The notes: generated by a model not told the origin, from the letters alone. A stretch of 64,000 bases of DNA from Candidatus Methanomethylicia archaeon (GCA_038727515.1 JAVYVS010000002.1:192001-256000), one strand, 5' to 3'. Counted from the first letter of the stretch, positions 9,933 to 19,933 are shown. Made by a program: numbers and translations.

Positions 9933-10006
9933 GCAATAACTTTTTATCTATATACATCACTTTTTTTACTTAAATATCTATTTTCAATGTAATTGGAGGT
10001 GTATTT

Positions 10007-11713
10007 GTGGGTAAATGGGTTGTATGTGCAGCTTGGCCTTATGTTAATGCTTTCCCTCATCTTGGAACTATGGTTGCATGTATAATTTCACCAGATGTAT
10101 TTGCAAGATATCTTAGGGCTAAGGGTGAAGAAATTGTGTTTGTTAGTGGATCTGATGAACATGGAACCCCCATTGAAGTTGAAGCTAGGAAGATGAATAT
10201 TCCACCTAAAAAGCTTACTGATGAACTTCACAATTATGTATTAAAGTTATATGAAAAATTGGGTGTTAGCTATGATAATTATACTAGAACTGAGAATCCT
10301 ATACATATAGATTTTGTTCAGAAGTTTTTCATGAAATTATATGAAAATGGATACATATACGAGAAGGAGGTTTCACTACCATTTTGCCCTAATTGCAATA
10401 TCTTCTTACCAGATAGATTTATTGAAGGTACATGTCCATATTGTGGTGAAACTAGAGCTAGAGGAGATCAATGTCCATCATGCAATAGGATTTTAGACCC
10501 AGTGGATCTACTGGAACCACACTGTGTCTTTTGTGGTTCTAAACCTGAAGTTAAAGTGACTAAACATTGGTTTTTTGATCTCCCTAAACTCTCAGATAAA
10601 CTTATGAATTTCGTTAATAATCATAAATTGTTTTCTGAGAGTATTAAGAATTATTGTAAGATGTGGTTTAAGGAGGGGTTGAAGGCTAGATCTATAACTA
10701 GGGATAACTCTTGGGGTATACCAGCACCCTTCCCAGGAGCTTCTGGAAAGACTATATATGTGTGGTTTGAAGCTTTATTGGGTTATCTCTCAGCAACTAA
10801 AGAGTATTTTATTAAGAAGGGATTTGAAGATTTATGGCTTGAATACTGGCTTAATAAAGATTCAAAGACTGTATACTTCATTGGTAAAGATAATATACCA
10901 TTTCATGCGATAATACTGCCAGCAATGCTCATGGCTTCTGGAGAAGGATATGTTCTTCCTTGGCAGATATCTTCAGTTGAATTTCTAATGTTTGAAGGTC
11001 AAGCTTTTAGTAAGAGTAGGGGTATAGGTGTTTGGATTGATGAAGCTTTAGAAATTGCCCCAGCAGATTATTGGAGGTTTGCATTAATACTAATGAGACC
11101 TGAAACTAGAGATTTAAATTTCACATGGGAATCTTTCCATCGTATCGTTAATGCTGAAATCAATGATAACCTTGGAAACTTTGTTCATAGAACTTTAAGC
11201 TTCATATACTCTAGATTTGATGCTAAGATTCCTAAACCATATGAACTTGATGATAGGGATAGATCAATGTTATATAAACTTAAGTTTGCACCTAAAAATA
11301 TTGGTGCTTTAATTGAAGATCTTAAGTTAAAGGCTGCTGCTGAATCTCTACTTGAATTCTCCTCCTCCGGTAATCAATATTTAAATGATAAAGCCCCTTG
11401 GAGAACTATTAAAGAAGATTTTGAAGTTGCATCTACAACTATGTGGGTTGCAGCTAATGTCGTTAAATCCTTAGCTATATTGATGGCACCCTTCATGCCA
11501 TTTTCCGCTGATAAAGTTTGGTATTATCTCAATTTAGGGGGCTCAGTTCACGAAGTTTGTTGGGATGATGCTTCAAAAGCAGATTTACAATATGGACATA
11601 GGATCAATAAGCCTGAGCCTTTATTTACAAAGTTTCCTGATGATTTTGTTAAAACTATAAATGATAGGTTGAAGGATGTGAGAATGCGTTTGAAAAGACC
11701 GGAGTTAGCTTGA
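10007..11713 (+). CDS. metG: Methionyl-tRNA synthetase (no C-terminal Trbp domain)
   Basis: AWPYVN..PHLGT (HIGH), SGSDEHGTPI, four CxxC knuckles, YVWFEA, IGKDNIPFH, AFSKSRG (KMSKS). Confidence 0.96.
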   Translation: MGKWVVCAAWPYVNAFPHLGTMVACIISPDVFARYLRAKGEEIVFVSGSDEHGTPIEVEARKMNIPPKKLTDELHNYVLKLYEKLGVSYDNYTRTENPIHIDFVQKFFMKLYENGYIYEKEVSLPFCPNCNIFLPDRFIEGTCPYCGETRARGDQCPSCNRILDPVDLLEPHCVFCGSKPEVKVTKHWFFDLPKLSDKLMNFVNNHKLFSESIKNYCKMWFKEGLKARSITRDNSWGIPAPFPGASGKTIYVWFEALLGYLSATKEYFIKKGFEDLWLEYWLNKDSKTVYFIGKDNIPFHAIILPAMLMASGEGYVLPWQISSVEFLMFEGQAFSKSRGIGVWIDEALEIAPADYWRFALILMRPETRDLNFTWESFHRIVNAEINDNLGNFVHRTLSFIYSRFDAKIPKPYELDDRDRSMLYKLKFAPKNIGALIEDLKLKAAAESLLEFSSSGNQYLNDKAPWRTIKEDFEVASTTMWVAANVVKSLAILMAPFMPFSADKVWYYLNLGGSVHEVCWDDASKADLQYGHRINKPEPLFTKFPDDFVKTINDRLKDVRMRLKRPELA

Positions 11714-11716
11714 TTT

Positions 11717-11722
11717 GAGGTG
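11717..11722 (+). promoter_or_regulatory. Shine-Dalgarno GAGGTG of hypD
   Basis: GAGGTG 5 nt upstream of TTG 11728, immediately after the metG stop. Confidence 0.65.
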
Positions 11723-11727
11723 GGAAT

Positions 11728-12845
11728 TTGGAGTTACATGGTTTATTGAGGGATAAATCTTTGGCTCTTAGAGTTGCTAAGTACATTGATGAACGATGTT
11801 TTAAGAGTAGATATTTAATTATGCATGTTTGCGGCACACAGCCTTTTAAGGCTGGCCGATACATGAATATACAATAACGCATTTTGGAATACGCAACTTA
11901 ATACCAAAGATCGATTTAAGAGCTGGACCTGGATGTCCTGTTTGTGTCGCTTCACCAGTAAATATTGATTTAGCAGTTAATCTATCTCTACATGAAAATG
12001 TTATTGTCACAACTTTTGGCGATATGTTTAGAGTTAGAGGCTCTAAATATTCTCTGATGGATGCTAAGAGTATGGGTGGTAGAGTTACCATTGTTTATAG
12101 TATAAATGATGCTATTGAAATTGCTAGGAAAAATCCTAATTTTGAAATTGTTCATTTCGCTATTGGTTTTGAGACTACAGCTCCCTCCACAGCCGCTATT
12201 CTTTTATCTAATCCTCCAAGAAATTTCTCTATAATACCTACACATTTATTGATACCTCCAGTTATGTCTTATCTACTCAATCTTGGTGAAATTGGTATTG
12301 ATGGTTTTATATGTCCAGGTCATGTTTCAACTATTATTGGTGTTAAACCATATTTAGAGATTTCAATTTCCAATAAGGTTCCAATGGTTATAGCTGGATT
12401 TGAACCTTTAGATGTTCTATTTGGAGTCGCAATGCTTATCGATATGATTAATAATGGTGAATTTACTGTTAAGAATGAGTATAGTCGTGCAGTTAAATTT
12501 GAAGGTAATGTTAAAGCTATTCAATTGATGAATGAAGTATTTAGGGTTTCTGATGCTTATTGGCGTGGTATTGGTTTAGTTCCCAATTCTGGTTTAGTTC
12601 TTAGAGAAGAATTTTCAGATTTTGATGCTGTGAAGAAGTTTGATATTGAAGTTGAAGAAGATTATAGTATGCCTAAAGGTTGTAGGTGTGGTGATGTACT
12701 TAGGGGTTTAATTATGCCTCATGAATGCCCCTTATTCTCAAAATCATGTACTCCAGATAATCCTATAGGTCCATGTATGGTTTCTTCTGAAGGTGCATGC
12801 TCTATATTGTATAAGTATGGTGGATACATGTATTTAAAACGTTAA
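11728..12845 (+). CDS. hypD: Hydrogenase maturation protein HypD, split gene: exon 1 11728-11837 and exon 2 11861-12845, 364 aa after removal of a 23-nt insert
   Basis: Exon 1 from TTG ends ...IMHVCGT; exon 2 continues HEYTITHFGIR...AGPGCPVCV...TTFGDMFRV, in frame with ORF 12024-12845 (GFETTAP, PGHVS, C-terminal CRCG...C...C, GPCMVSSEGAC). Confidence 0.93.
11838..11860 (+). other. Putative 23-nt bulge-helix-bulge (tRNA-type) mRNA intron in hypD
   Basis: Central helix CGGC(11832-35)/GCCG(11855-58); bulges ACA(11836-38) and ATA(11859-61); inner stem CAGCCT/AGGCTG with loop TTTA; cutting after nt 2 of each bulge restores the reading frame and CGTH. Confidence 0.85.
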
Positions 12846-12977
12846 TTTACTTTATTATCAAGTTAATTTAAATGTATAAAATATCCAAAACATTTATATT
12901 TAACTCAATGCAATCTACTATAATCTTTAGTTTAACTATTTAATTATGGTGTTTAGATATGGAGGTCGATATGTGAA

Positions 12978-14849
12978 ATGGGTTTAAGATCTCCCAGTAG
13001 TCCTCCTCATATTGGTCAGAGTTCATCTTCAAAACCATCAGATAAATATGTTAGTATTAAGACATTTGTTAGATTGTTTCCATATATTAAGCGTAATTGG
13101 AAGCCATTTTTAATATCTGTTGTGGCAATGTTTATTAGTTCTCAATTAACCACTATTGCTCCAACATATATGAGGAGTGCTATTGATAATGGTATTGTTA
13201 AAGGTGATTTTCAAATCGTTGTTTTCTATGTTTTATTAATAGTTTCTGTAACTCTCTTAAGTGGTTTAAGTAGTTTTTGTGAAAGATATTATAGTACTAT
13301 TTTCTCTCAAAAAGTTGCATTAAACTTTAGGAATGAAGTTTTTAAAGCTATTCAGAGGCAGTCTTTCTCATTTTTTGATGAAGTGCCCACAGGCCAACTT
13401 GTAGCTAGAATTACTGATGATGTTGAGAGAATTGGTAGATTCTTATCATTTCCATTTAGAAATCTTATTTCAACAATTTTCTTGGCTTCATTAGCTATTA
13501 GCTATATGTGGGGTATGAATCAGAAGCTTTCCATTATAGTTGGGGTTTTCATGATTGGGATTCTTCTTGTAAGCATATACTACAATATGATTGTTAGACC
13601 ATTAAATATGGAGGCTAGAAATCAATTGGGTATACTTACTTCAATAACTGATAATAATATAACTGGATTTAGAACTATTAAGTCACTAAGTGTTGAGGAG
13701 AATAGGATTAAAGCATTTGTGGATGAGAATAATAAGTTATGGTCGCTTTACGTTCGTATAGCCAGAATAGATGCATTTTACGGTAGAATCGGGCCACTCC
13801 TGCTAGTTACATCTAACATAATAATACTGTACATTGGTGGTTTAGAGATAATTAATGGTGCATTTACCGTTGGTGGATTAGCTGCATTTAATGCATATAC
13901 CATGCTATTGATGAGACCTGTCAGTTTTATAGGAAATTTTGTTGGTATGTTTTCAATAGCTATGACATCTGCAAAAAGGTTGTTTGATATTATGGATTTA
14001 GTTCCTGAGGTTTATGAGAAACCTGATGCCATTGAGCTTCCACCAATTAAGGGTGAGGTAACTTTTGAAAATGTATGGTTTAGTTATGTTAAAGGTAAAC
14101 CAGTTTTGAAGGGTGTTAATTTAAAGGTTAAACCTGGAGAGAAGATTGCTTTGATAGGTAGAACTGGTTCTGGTAAAAGTACATTGATAAGTTTAATCCC
14201 AAGATTTTATGATGTTGATTCTGGATCTGTAAAGATTGATGGTTATGATGTTAGAGATGTTAAATTGAAATCATTGAGGAGGCAAGTGGCTATAGTTTCA
14301 CAAGAGCCATTCCTTTTCGCAGGAACATTTAAAGATAATATTTCTCTACCAAAACCTGAAGCTTCTATGGATGAAATTATTAGTGCCTCTAAGATAGCTA
14401 AAATACATGACTTTATAGCTTCATTACCAAATGGCTATAATTCTTGGATTGGTGAAAGGGGGATAACTCTCTCTGGAGGTCAAAAACAGAGGCTTACCAT
14501 TGCAAGAGCTTTAGTGTCTGGTGCAAAGATAATAATACTGGATGATCCAACTTCAAATTTAGATGCTAAAACTGAAAGGGAATTTATTGATGATCTTAAA
14601 GTAATCCTCAAAGATCATACAGTGTTTATAGTTACTCAGAGATTACCATTGATAATGATGGCTGATAGAATAGCAGTATTAGATGATGGTAGAGTGGTGG
14701 AAGAGGGTACTCATGAAGAACTTATGGCAAAGCGTGGATTGTATTATAATATTTACGTTGAGCTTTATGCTAAACAAAGGGCTGAATTAGAAGCTTTGAA
14801 AGCTGAAGTTGAGGCTGTGGGTAATTCTGGTAAGGATGGTGGTAAATAA
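12978..14849 (+). CDS. ABC exporter half-transporter (TMD+NBD), degenerate-site subunit
   Basis: Multiple TM helices, GRTGSGKST, LSGGQKQR, Walker B LDD (E to D), switch H to Q (VTQRL). Confidence 0.92.
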   Translation: MGLRSPSSPPHIGQSSSSKPSDKYVSIKTFVRLFPYIKRNWKPFLISVVAMFISSQLTTIAPTYMRSAIDNGIVKGDFQIVVFYVLLIVSVTLLSGLSSFCERYYSTIFSQKVALNFRNEVFKAIQRQSFSFFDEVPTGQLVARITDDVERIGRFLSFPFRNLISTIFLASLAISYMWGMNQKLSIIVGVFMIGILLVSIYYNMIVRPLNMEARNQLGILTSITDNNITGFRTIKSLSVEENRIKAFVDENNKLWSLYVRIARIDAFYGRIGPLLLVTSNIIILYIGGLEIINGAFTVGGLAAFNAYTMLLMRPVSFIGNFVGMFSIAMTSAKRLFDIMDLVPEVYEKPDAIELPPIKGEVTFENVWFSYVKGKPVLKGVNLKVKPGEKIALIGRTGSGKSTLISLIPRFYDVDSGSVKIDGYDVRDVKLKSLRRQVAIVSQEPFLFAGTFKDNISLPKPEASMDEIISASKIAKIHDFIASLPNGYNSWIGERGITLSGGQKQRLTIARALVSGAKIIILDDPTSNLDAKTEREFIDDLKVILKDHTVFIVTQRLPLIMMADRIAVLDDGRVVEEGTHEELMAKRGLYYNIYVELYAKQRAELEALKAEVEAVGNSGKDGGK

Positions 14850-16678
14850 TGGGTTTTCATATGCATGGTATGTGGAGTTTTGGTGGAGAAAAAGTTGAGA
14901 CGCCTGCCACAATATTATTAAGAAAGCTTTTTAGGTATATGATGCCATATAAGCTTGCAGTATTTACTATTGTAACTTGTGTTGCTATAGTTTCTTTAAC
15001 CAATACGATTTCTCCATATTTACTTGGTTTAGCTATAGACAATTATATACTTGTGGGAGATCTATCTGGGCTTCTAAACATTTCTCTCTTATACCTCTTA
15101 GTAATGTTTGTGAATTGGATTGCAACGGTTATTCAAGGTTATGCTGTGGAGTGGACTGGTCAAAGATTGATTTATGATTTTAGGAATAAAATGATGGAGA
15201 AACTTATGTTTCAATCATACAAGTATTATGATGATAAACGTGCAGGTGAACTTATATCAATAGTTATAAATGATACTTCAACTTTAAGAGAATCCTTTAT
15301 TTCAGGTATATTCAACATTATTGGTGATATATTCTCAATGGTTGGTGTCATAATTGCCATGTTTCTATTAAATGTACCATTAACCCTTATAACTCTATTA
15401 ACACTTCCAGTAATGTTTCTAATAGCATATGTTTTTAACCGTAAGTTTAGAAAGGCTTATCGTAGGACTAGGGAGAAGATTGCTGAAGTAACCACTAGGG
15501 TTCAGGAAAGTGTTTCTGGGATTAGGGTTATACAGGCTTTTGGTAGGGAAGAGGATTCTCAAGCTAGATTTCAAATGAGCGCCCACGAGCAATTTGAAGC
15601 TCAAGTTCAAGCTGGAAAGCTTATGGCTATATTTTGGCCTATAATAAACTTTGTTGGTTCTATAGGTACAGTAACAGTTTTGCTTTATGGTGGATTTTTA
15701 AGTGCTGAAGGTAGACTTGAAATTGGTGTTTTAGTTGCTTTTCTTGCATATGTTACTAGGTTTATGAATCCAATAATGCAATTAACGAACTTCTATGATA
15801 TGTTGCAATCTGCACTTGCCGCTTCAGATAGGATATTCAAAGTTTTAGAGAGTGAAGTCGATGTTAAAGATTCTCCAAATGCTATTGAACTCCCAAAGGT
15901 TAGGGGTGATATAAGGTATAATAATGTTTGGTTTGAATATGTTAAGGGTATACCAGTTTTAAAGGGTATTAATCTTCATATAAGACCTGGAGAAAAGATC
16001 GCTATAGTTGGACCTACAGGTTCTGGTAAAACAACATTGGTTTATCTTCTTGCAAGATTCTATGATGTTACTAGTGGATCCATAACTATAGATGGTTATG
16101 ATATACGTAATGTTAAACAAGATTCTCTTAGACGTCAAATAGCATTTGTACCTCAAGATACATTTTTATTCCGTGGTACTGTAATGGATAACATTAGAAT
16201 TGGTAAACCTAATGCTACTGATGATGAAGTTATTGAAGTTTGTAAAAGACTTGGAATACATGATTTCATAATGAGACTCCCAAATGGATATTATACCGAT
16301 GCCGGTGAAGCCGGTAGAAAACTTTCAACTGGTGAGAGACAACTATTATCCTTTGCTAGAGCTTTACTTAAAGACCCGCCAATACTAATTTTAGATGAAG
16401 CTATTAGTGCTGTTGATCCTAAAACTGAATATATGATTAAATACGCCATAAGGAAATTGCTTGAAAATAGGACTTCAATAATTATTGCACATAGACTTAC
16501 ATTAGCAAGAGATTGGGATAGGATAATAGTATTACATAATGGAGTTATTGAAGAAGAAGGTACTCATGAAGAATTAATGCTTAAACAAGGATTCTACTAT
16601 CAATTATATACAACTCAGATTAGTGAGGAAATTGGTATAGAAGTTATTGGTAAAAATAATTCGAATTCTAAAAGTTAA
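14849..16678 (+). CDS. ABC exporter half-transporter (TMD+NBD), consensus-site subunit
   Basis: GPTGSGKTT, degenerate signature LSTGERQ, LDEA, IAHRL; start overlaps the previous stop (TAATG). Confidence 0.92.
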   Translation: MGFHMHGMWSFGGEKVETPATILLRKLFRYMMPYKLAVFTIVTCVAIVSLTNTISPYLLGLAIDNYILVGDLSGLLNISLLYLLVMFVNWIATVIQGYAVEWTGQRLIYDFRNKMMEKLMFQSYKYYDDKRAGELISIVINDTSTLRESFISGIFNIIGDIFSMVGVIIAMFLLNVPLTLITLLTLPVMFLIAYVFNRKFRKAYRRTREKIAEVTTRVQESVSGIRVIQAFGREEDSQARFQMSAHEQFEAQVQAGKLMAIFWPIINFVGSIGTVTVLLYGGFLSAEGRLEIGVLVAFLAYVTRFMNPIMQLTNFYDMLQSALAASDRIFKVLESEVDVKDSPNAIELPKVRGDIRYNNVWFEYVKGIPVLKGINLHIRPGEKIAIVGPTGSGKTTLVYLLARFYDVTSGSITIDGYDIRNVKQDSLRRQIAFVPQDTFLFRGTVMDNIRIGKPNATDDEVIEVCKRLGIHDFIMRLPNGYYTDAGEAGRKLSTGERQLLSFARALLKDPPILILDEAISAVDPKTEYMIKYAIRKLLENRTSIIIAHRLTLARDWDRIIVLHNGVIEEEGTHEELMLKQGFYYQLYTTQISEEIGIEVIGKNNSNSKS

Positions 16679-16731
16679 TTTACACTAAAAATAAATTTTA
16701 GTTTTCTTATATAATCACTTAGGGTGATTAT

Positions 16732-17274
16732 ATGTCTTGGCGTAAACGTTGGGAAGATCCTTTTGATAAATGGTTTAAAGAATTTTTTGAGGAAATTAGT
16801 AAACGTTTCTCTATACCTACTCCAGATGAATTGTTTGAAGAAATTGAGAAGGAATTTGAAAATCTAGATAAACGTGGTGTTAAAGGCCCATTTATATATG
16901 GCTTTTCCATGAAGATTGGACCTGATGGTAAACCTATCATAAGAGAATTTGGGAATGTTAAGAAGCTTTATGGTAGACCAACCATTGAAGAAGAGAGAGA
17001 ACCTTTATCGGATGTCTATGAAGATGAAAATACAGTTACAATCATAGTTGAAATGCCAGGTGTAAATAAGGATGATATTAAAGTTAAAATTGATGGTAGT
17101 AGAGTTATTGTTAGTGCACAAACTGGTGATAGAAAGTATTATAAGGAGATAACGTTACCTTCAAGAGTTAAAAAGGAGAGTGCTAAAGCAAGTTATAAGA
17201 ATGGTATTCTAGAACTTAAATTGGAGAAAGAAAAGGGTAGAAGAGAAGAAGGATATGAAATAAAGATTGAATAA
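16732..17274 (+). CDS. hsp20: Archaeal small heat shock protein Hsp20
   Basis: GPFIYGFSMKIGPDGKPIIREFGN, EPLSDV, EMPGV, ASYKNGILE, C-terminal IxI. Confidence 0.93.
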   Translation: MSWRKRWEDPFDKWFKEFFEEISKRFSIPTPDELFEEIEKEFENLDKRGVKGPFIYGFSMKIGPDGKPIIREFGNVKKLYGRPTIEEEREPLSDVYEDENTVTIIVEMPGVNKDDIKVKIDGSRVIVSAQTGDRKYYKEITLPSRVKKESAKASYKNGILELKLEKEKGRREEGYEIKIE

Positions 17275-17283
17275 ATTTTTACA

Positions 17284-17706
17284 TTATATAACTCTTAAAG
17301 ATTCTGAAAGTGGATGTCCTTTACAGTGTAATATAAATTCCTTATAGTATCCGAAGGGTGATTGTTTAACTTTTAAACCTTTTTCACTGAGGATTGTAGT
17401 AATTATCCTCAAAATTTTAATAGTGGTTTCTAATCCTCCAAGTTTATTTGATAAATGTGCATATGGATATATTATCACGCTTTTTACTCCAATTCTGGAT
17501 GAAACTTCAATTATTGATTCAACGGCTTTCATACATTTCTCTTCAAAATTTTCTTCATCATCCGCTTCAACACATGTAAATGCTACAAGTACATTTTCAA
17601 ATTCACCTTCAGAATTTTCACTGGTTATTTCATCTCTAATGGGTATTCTAACTGGTTTAGTAACCTTCCACCAAAATTTTTCTGCATGTATTAATAGAAT
17701 CCTCAT
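17284..17706 (-). CDS. Free-standing archaeal threonyl-tRNA synthetase editing domain protein
   Basis: MRILLIHA, IYPYAHLS, PFGYYK, CKGHPLSE. Confidence 0.9.
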   Translation of the reverse strand: MRILLIHAEKFWWKVTKPVRIPIRDEITSENSEGEFENVLVAFTCVEADDEENFEEKCMKAVESIIEVSSRIGVKSVIIYPYAHLSNKLGGLETTIKILRIITTILSEKGLKVKQSPFGYYKEFILHCKGHPLSESLRVI

Positions 17707-17750
17707 ATCCCATCATATTCTTTATCTATAAGTAATAATATAAGAATGAT

Positions 17751-18557
17751 TTGCTGATTATTATGCGTGTAGCTTCAGTTCAATTTAATGCATCTAAATC
17801 TAAGGATGAAAATTTAAAGAAGATCTTGAAATACATTGAGTATGCATCTAAATTGGGTATTGAACTTATAGTTTTCCCAGAGTATTCAATGTTCTTCCCG
17901 ATAAGTTATGAATCACGTAAATTTGCAGAATCTATTGATGGAAAATTTATAAATGAAATTAAATGTTATGCTAAAAATTTTGGTATTAATGTAGTTGTAA
18001 ATATCTCTGAAGTTTCCAATAAACCTAATGACGACAGAGTTTATGATACTTCAGTCTTTTTATCACGTGATGGTGAGATACTTTCAATTTATCGTAAAAC
18101 ACATTTATTTGATGCATTTAACATTAGGGAATCAGACCATATAATCCCTGGAGATTATCTTGTTAAACCGATCCCATTAGGTGAATTTAATGTTGGATTA
18201 CTTGTATGCTATGATTTACGTTTTCCAGAAGCCGCTAGAACATTGTCTTTAAATGGATGTACATTGATATGTGTTTCTTCAGCATGGTATAGTGGCGTTA
18301 TGAAGGAAATACACTTATTAACGATGATTTTAGCTAGAGCTATTGAAAATGGGGTATTCATTGTAATGGCCAATCAAACTCAACCTAGATTTTGTGGTAG
18401 AAGTTGTATTGTGGACCCCTATGGTGTAATTATGGCTGATGCTGGTGAACGTGAATGCATCATCTATACTGATATAAGTATTGATAGACTGAAGGAAGTT
18501 AGAAATAATCTACCATTATTATCTCAAAGAAGGCCTGAACTCTACAAAATAATTTAA
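17751..18557 (+). CDS. Carbon-nitrogen hydrolase (Nit1/nitrilase superfamily)
   Basis: E-K-C triad: FPEY, YRKTHLF, VCYDLRFPE; start probably ATG 17763. Confidence 0.9.
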   Translation: MLIIMRVASVQFNASKSKDENLKKILKYIEYASKLGIELIVFPEYSMFFPISYESRKFAESIDGKFINEIKCYAKNFGINVVVNISEVSNKPNDDRVYDTSVFLSRDGEILSIYRKTHLFDAFNIRESDHIIPGDYLVKPIPLGEFNVGLLVCYDLRFPEAARTLSLNGCTLICVSSAWYSGVMKEIHLLTMILARAIENGVFIVMANQTQPRFCGRSCIVDPYGVIMADAGERECIIYTDISIDRLKEVRNNLPLLSQRRPELYKII

Positions 18558-18560
18558 AAT

Positions 18561-19016
18561 TTATTGTTTTGAAAATACTTCACTTAATATCTTCTTAAGC
18601 CATTCTGCATCAATCTCATCAAAACTATTCAATTCATCACTATCTACATCAAATATAGCTATTATATCACCCTTTGAATTGAAAACTGGTAGTGATATTT
18701 CTGATTTCGATCTTGGATCGCATACTATATGTCCTGGAAACTTATCTACATCTGGAACTATTATTGCTTCTCTACGTTTATATGCAGTACCGCAAACTCC
18801 CGTGTATGCTATTCTTGCACAAGCTGGTGGACCTCTAGAAGGTCCAAGTTCTAGATATTCTTCCTTTGGAAAGTAAAATCCAACCCAAAAATAGTATGGA
18901 ATATTTCTCTTTAAAACTTCACATACAACTTCCATTTTCTCCTTTAAGCTCTCTTTATATTTCACTTTCTCCTTTATTTCTTCATAACATTTACTGTATA
19001 GTTCTCTTTTATTCAT
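18561..19016 (-). CDS. msrC: GAF-domain protein, free methionine-R-sulfoxide reductase-like
   Basis: WVGFY, LGPSRGPPAC, GVCG, DVDKFPGHIVCD, SKSEI, DVDS. Confidence 0.8.
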   Translation of the reverse strand: MNKRELYSKCYEEIKEKVKYKESLKEKMEVVCEVLKRNIPYYFWVGFYFPKEEYLELGPSRGPPACARIAYTGVCGTAYKRREAIIVPDVDKFPGHIVCDPRSKSEISLPVFNSKGDIIAIFDVDSDELNSFDEIDAEWLKKILSEVFSKQ

Positions 19017-19065
19017 AGGTATATCACTAAATAACTTTATAGAAGCAAATTGTTCATAAGTTTTT

Positions 19066-19923
19066 TTGATTTATATTAATATGGTTAAATTGTCAATTGA
19101 TATAATCTTCATAGGGACTGGTGGCGGAAGATTTTCAATGGCTACCCAGAAGAGAAGGACTGGGGGGATTAGAATCATTAGTCCTAAAGCTAATATACAT
19201 GTTGATCCAGGTCCAGGAGCACTTGTATATTCTATTGAAATGGGTTTAGATCCACGTAAACTTGATGGAATATTGGTTTCACATGCTCATCCAGATCATT
19301 CAAATGATGTTGCAGTTTTAATTGAAGCTATGAGTGAAAGTACAACTAAGAAGCGTGGTATTCTTCTTGCATCTACAAGTGTACTCTATGGTAATGAAGT
19401 TTGTGAAAAGATTTTATCTAATTATCATAAATCAATACCGTCTCAAGTTGTTGAAGCAAAGGTGGGTGTGTCTGTGGTGATCAATGATTTAGAGGTTAAT
19501 GTTTGTAAAGCTGTTCATAGTGATCCAAGTGCTGTTGGATTTAGATTTAAGACTGAATATGGTGATTTTGCATATATGCCTGATTCAGAGTATTTTGATG
19601 ATGTTGATAAGTATTATGGTGGTGTTAGATTAATTATATTATCAGTTTTAAGAGCTCATGGTGCTCCTTGGGCTGGGCATATGAGTACTGATGATGCTAT
19701 AAAGGTTATTGAGAAAATTAAACCTGAGTATGCTGTAATAACACATTTTGGTATGCATATGATAATGAAGAATCCAGAGTCTGAATCTAAATTGATAGAA
19801 AGTATGACTGGAGTTCCCACCATAGCTGCTAGAGATGGTATGAAGATAAGGTTTAGTAAAACAATTAGTTTCACTTATACTGGAAAGCAAATGGATTTGA
19901 GAAGTTTCTTTGATAAAAGTTGA
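19066..19923 (+). CDS. MBL-fold metallo-hydrolase
   Basis: GTGGG, VDPGPG, SHAHPDH, AVH, GH, THFG. Confidence 0.88.
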   Translation: MIYINMVKLSIDIIFIGTGGGRFSMATQKRRTGGIRIISPKANIHVDPGPGALVYSIEMGLDPRKLDGILVSHAHPDHSNDVAVLIEAMSESTTKKRGILLASTSVLYGNEVCEKILSNYHKSIPSQVVEAKVGVSVVINDLEVNVCKAVHSDPSAVGFRFKTEYGDFAYMPDSEYFDDVDKYYGGVRLIILSVLRAHGAPWAGHMSTDDAIKVIEKIKPEYAVITHFGMHMIMKNPESESKLIESMTGVPTIAARDGMKIRFSKTISFTYTGKQMDLRSFFDKS

Positions 19924-19933
19924 TTTATATATC

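Noticed and set aside
11839-11854. The hypD insert as an IS/MITE footprint or terminator
   Set aside because: The ACA repeats at 11838 and 11861 are only 3 nt, no transposase or second copy was seen, and the pairing with exon sequence and bulge geometry fit a BHB better. A mobile origin cannot be fully excluded.
12024-12845. hypD as a 273-aa truncated gene or frameshifted pseudogene
   Set aside because: The missing N-terminal motifs are present upstream, and the disruption is one clean 23-nt BHB-bounded insert. The length is incompatible with simple +/-1 ribosomal frameshifting that would keep CGTH intact.
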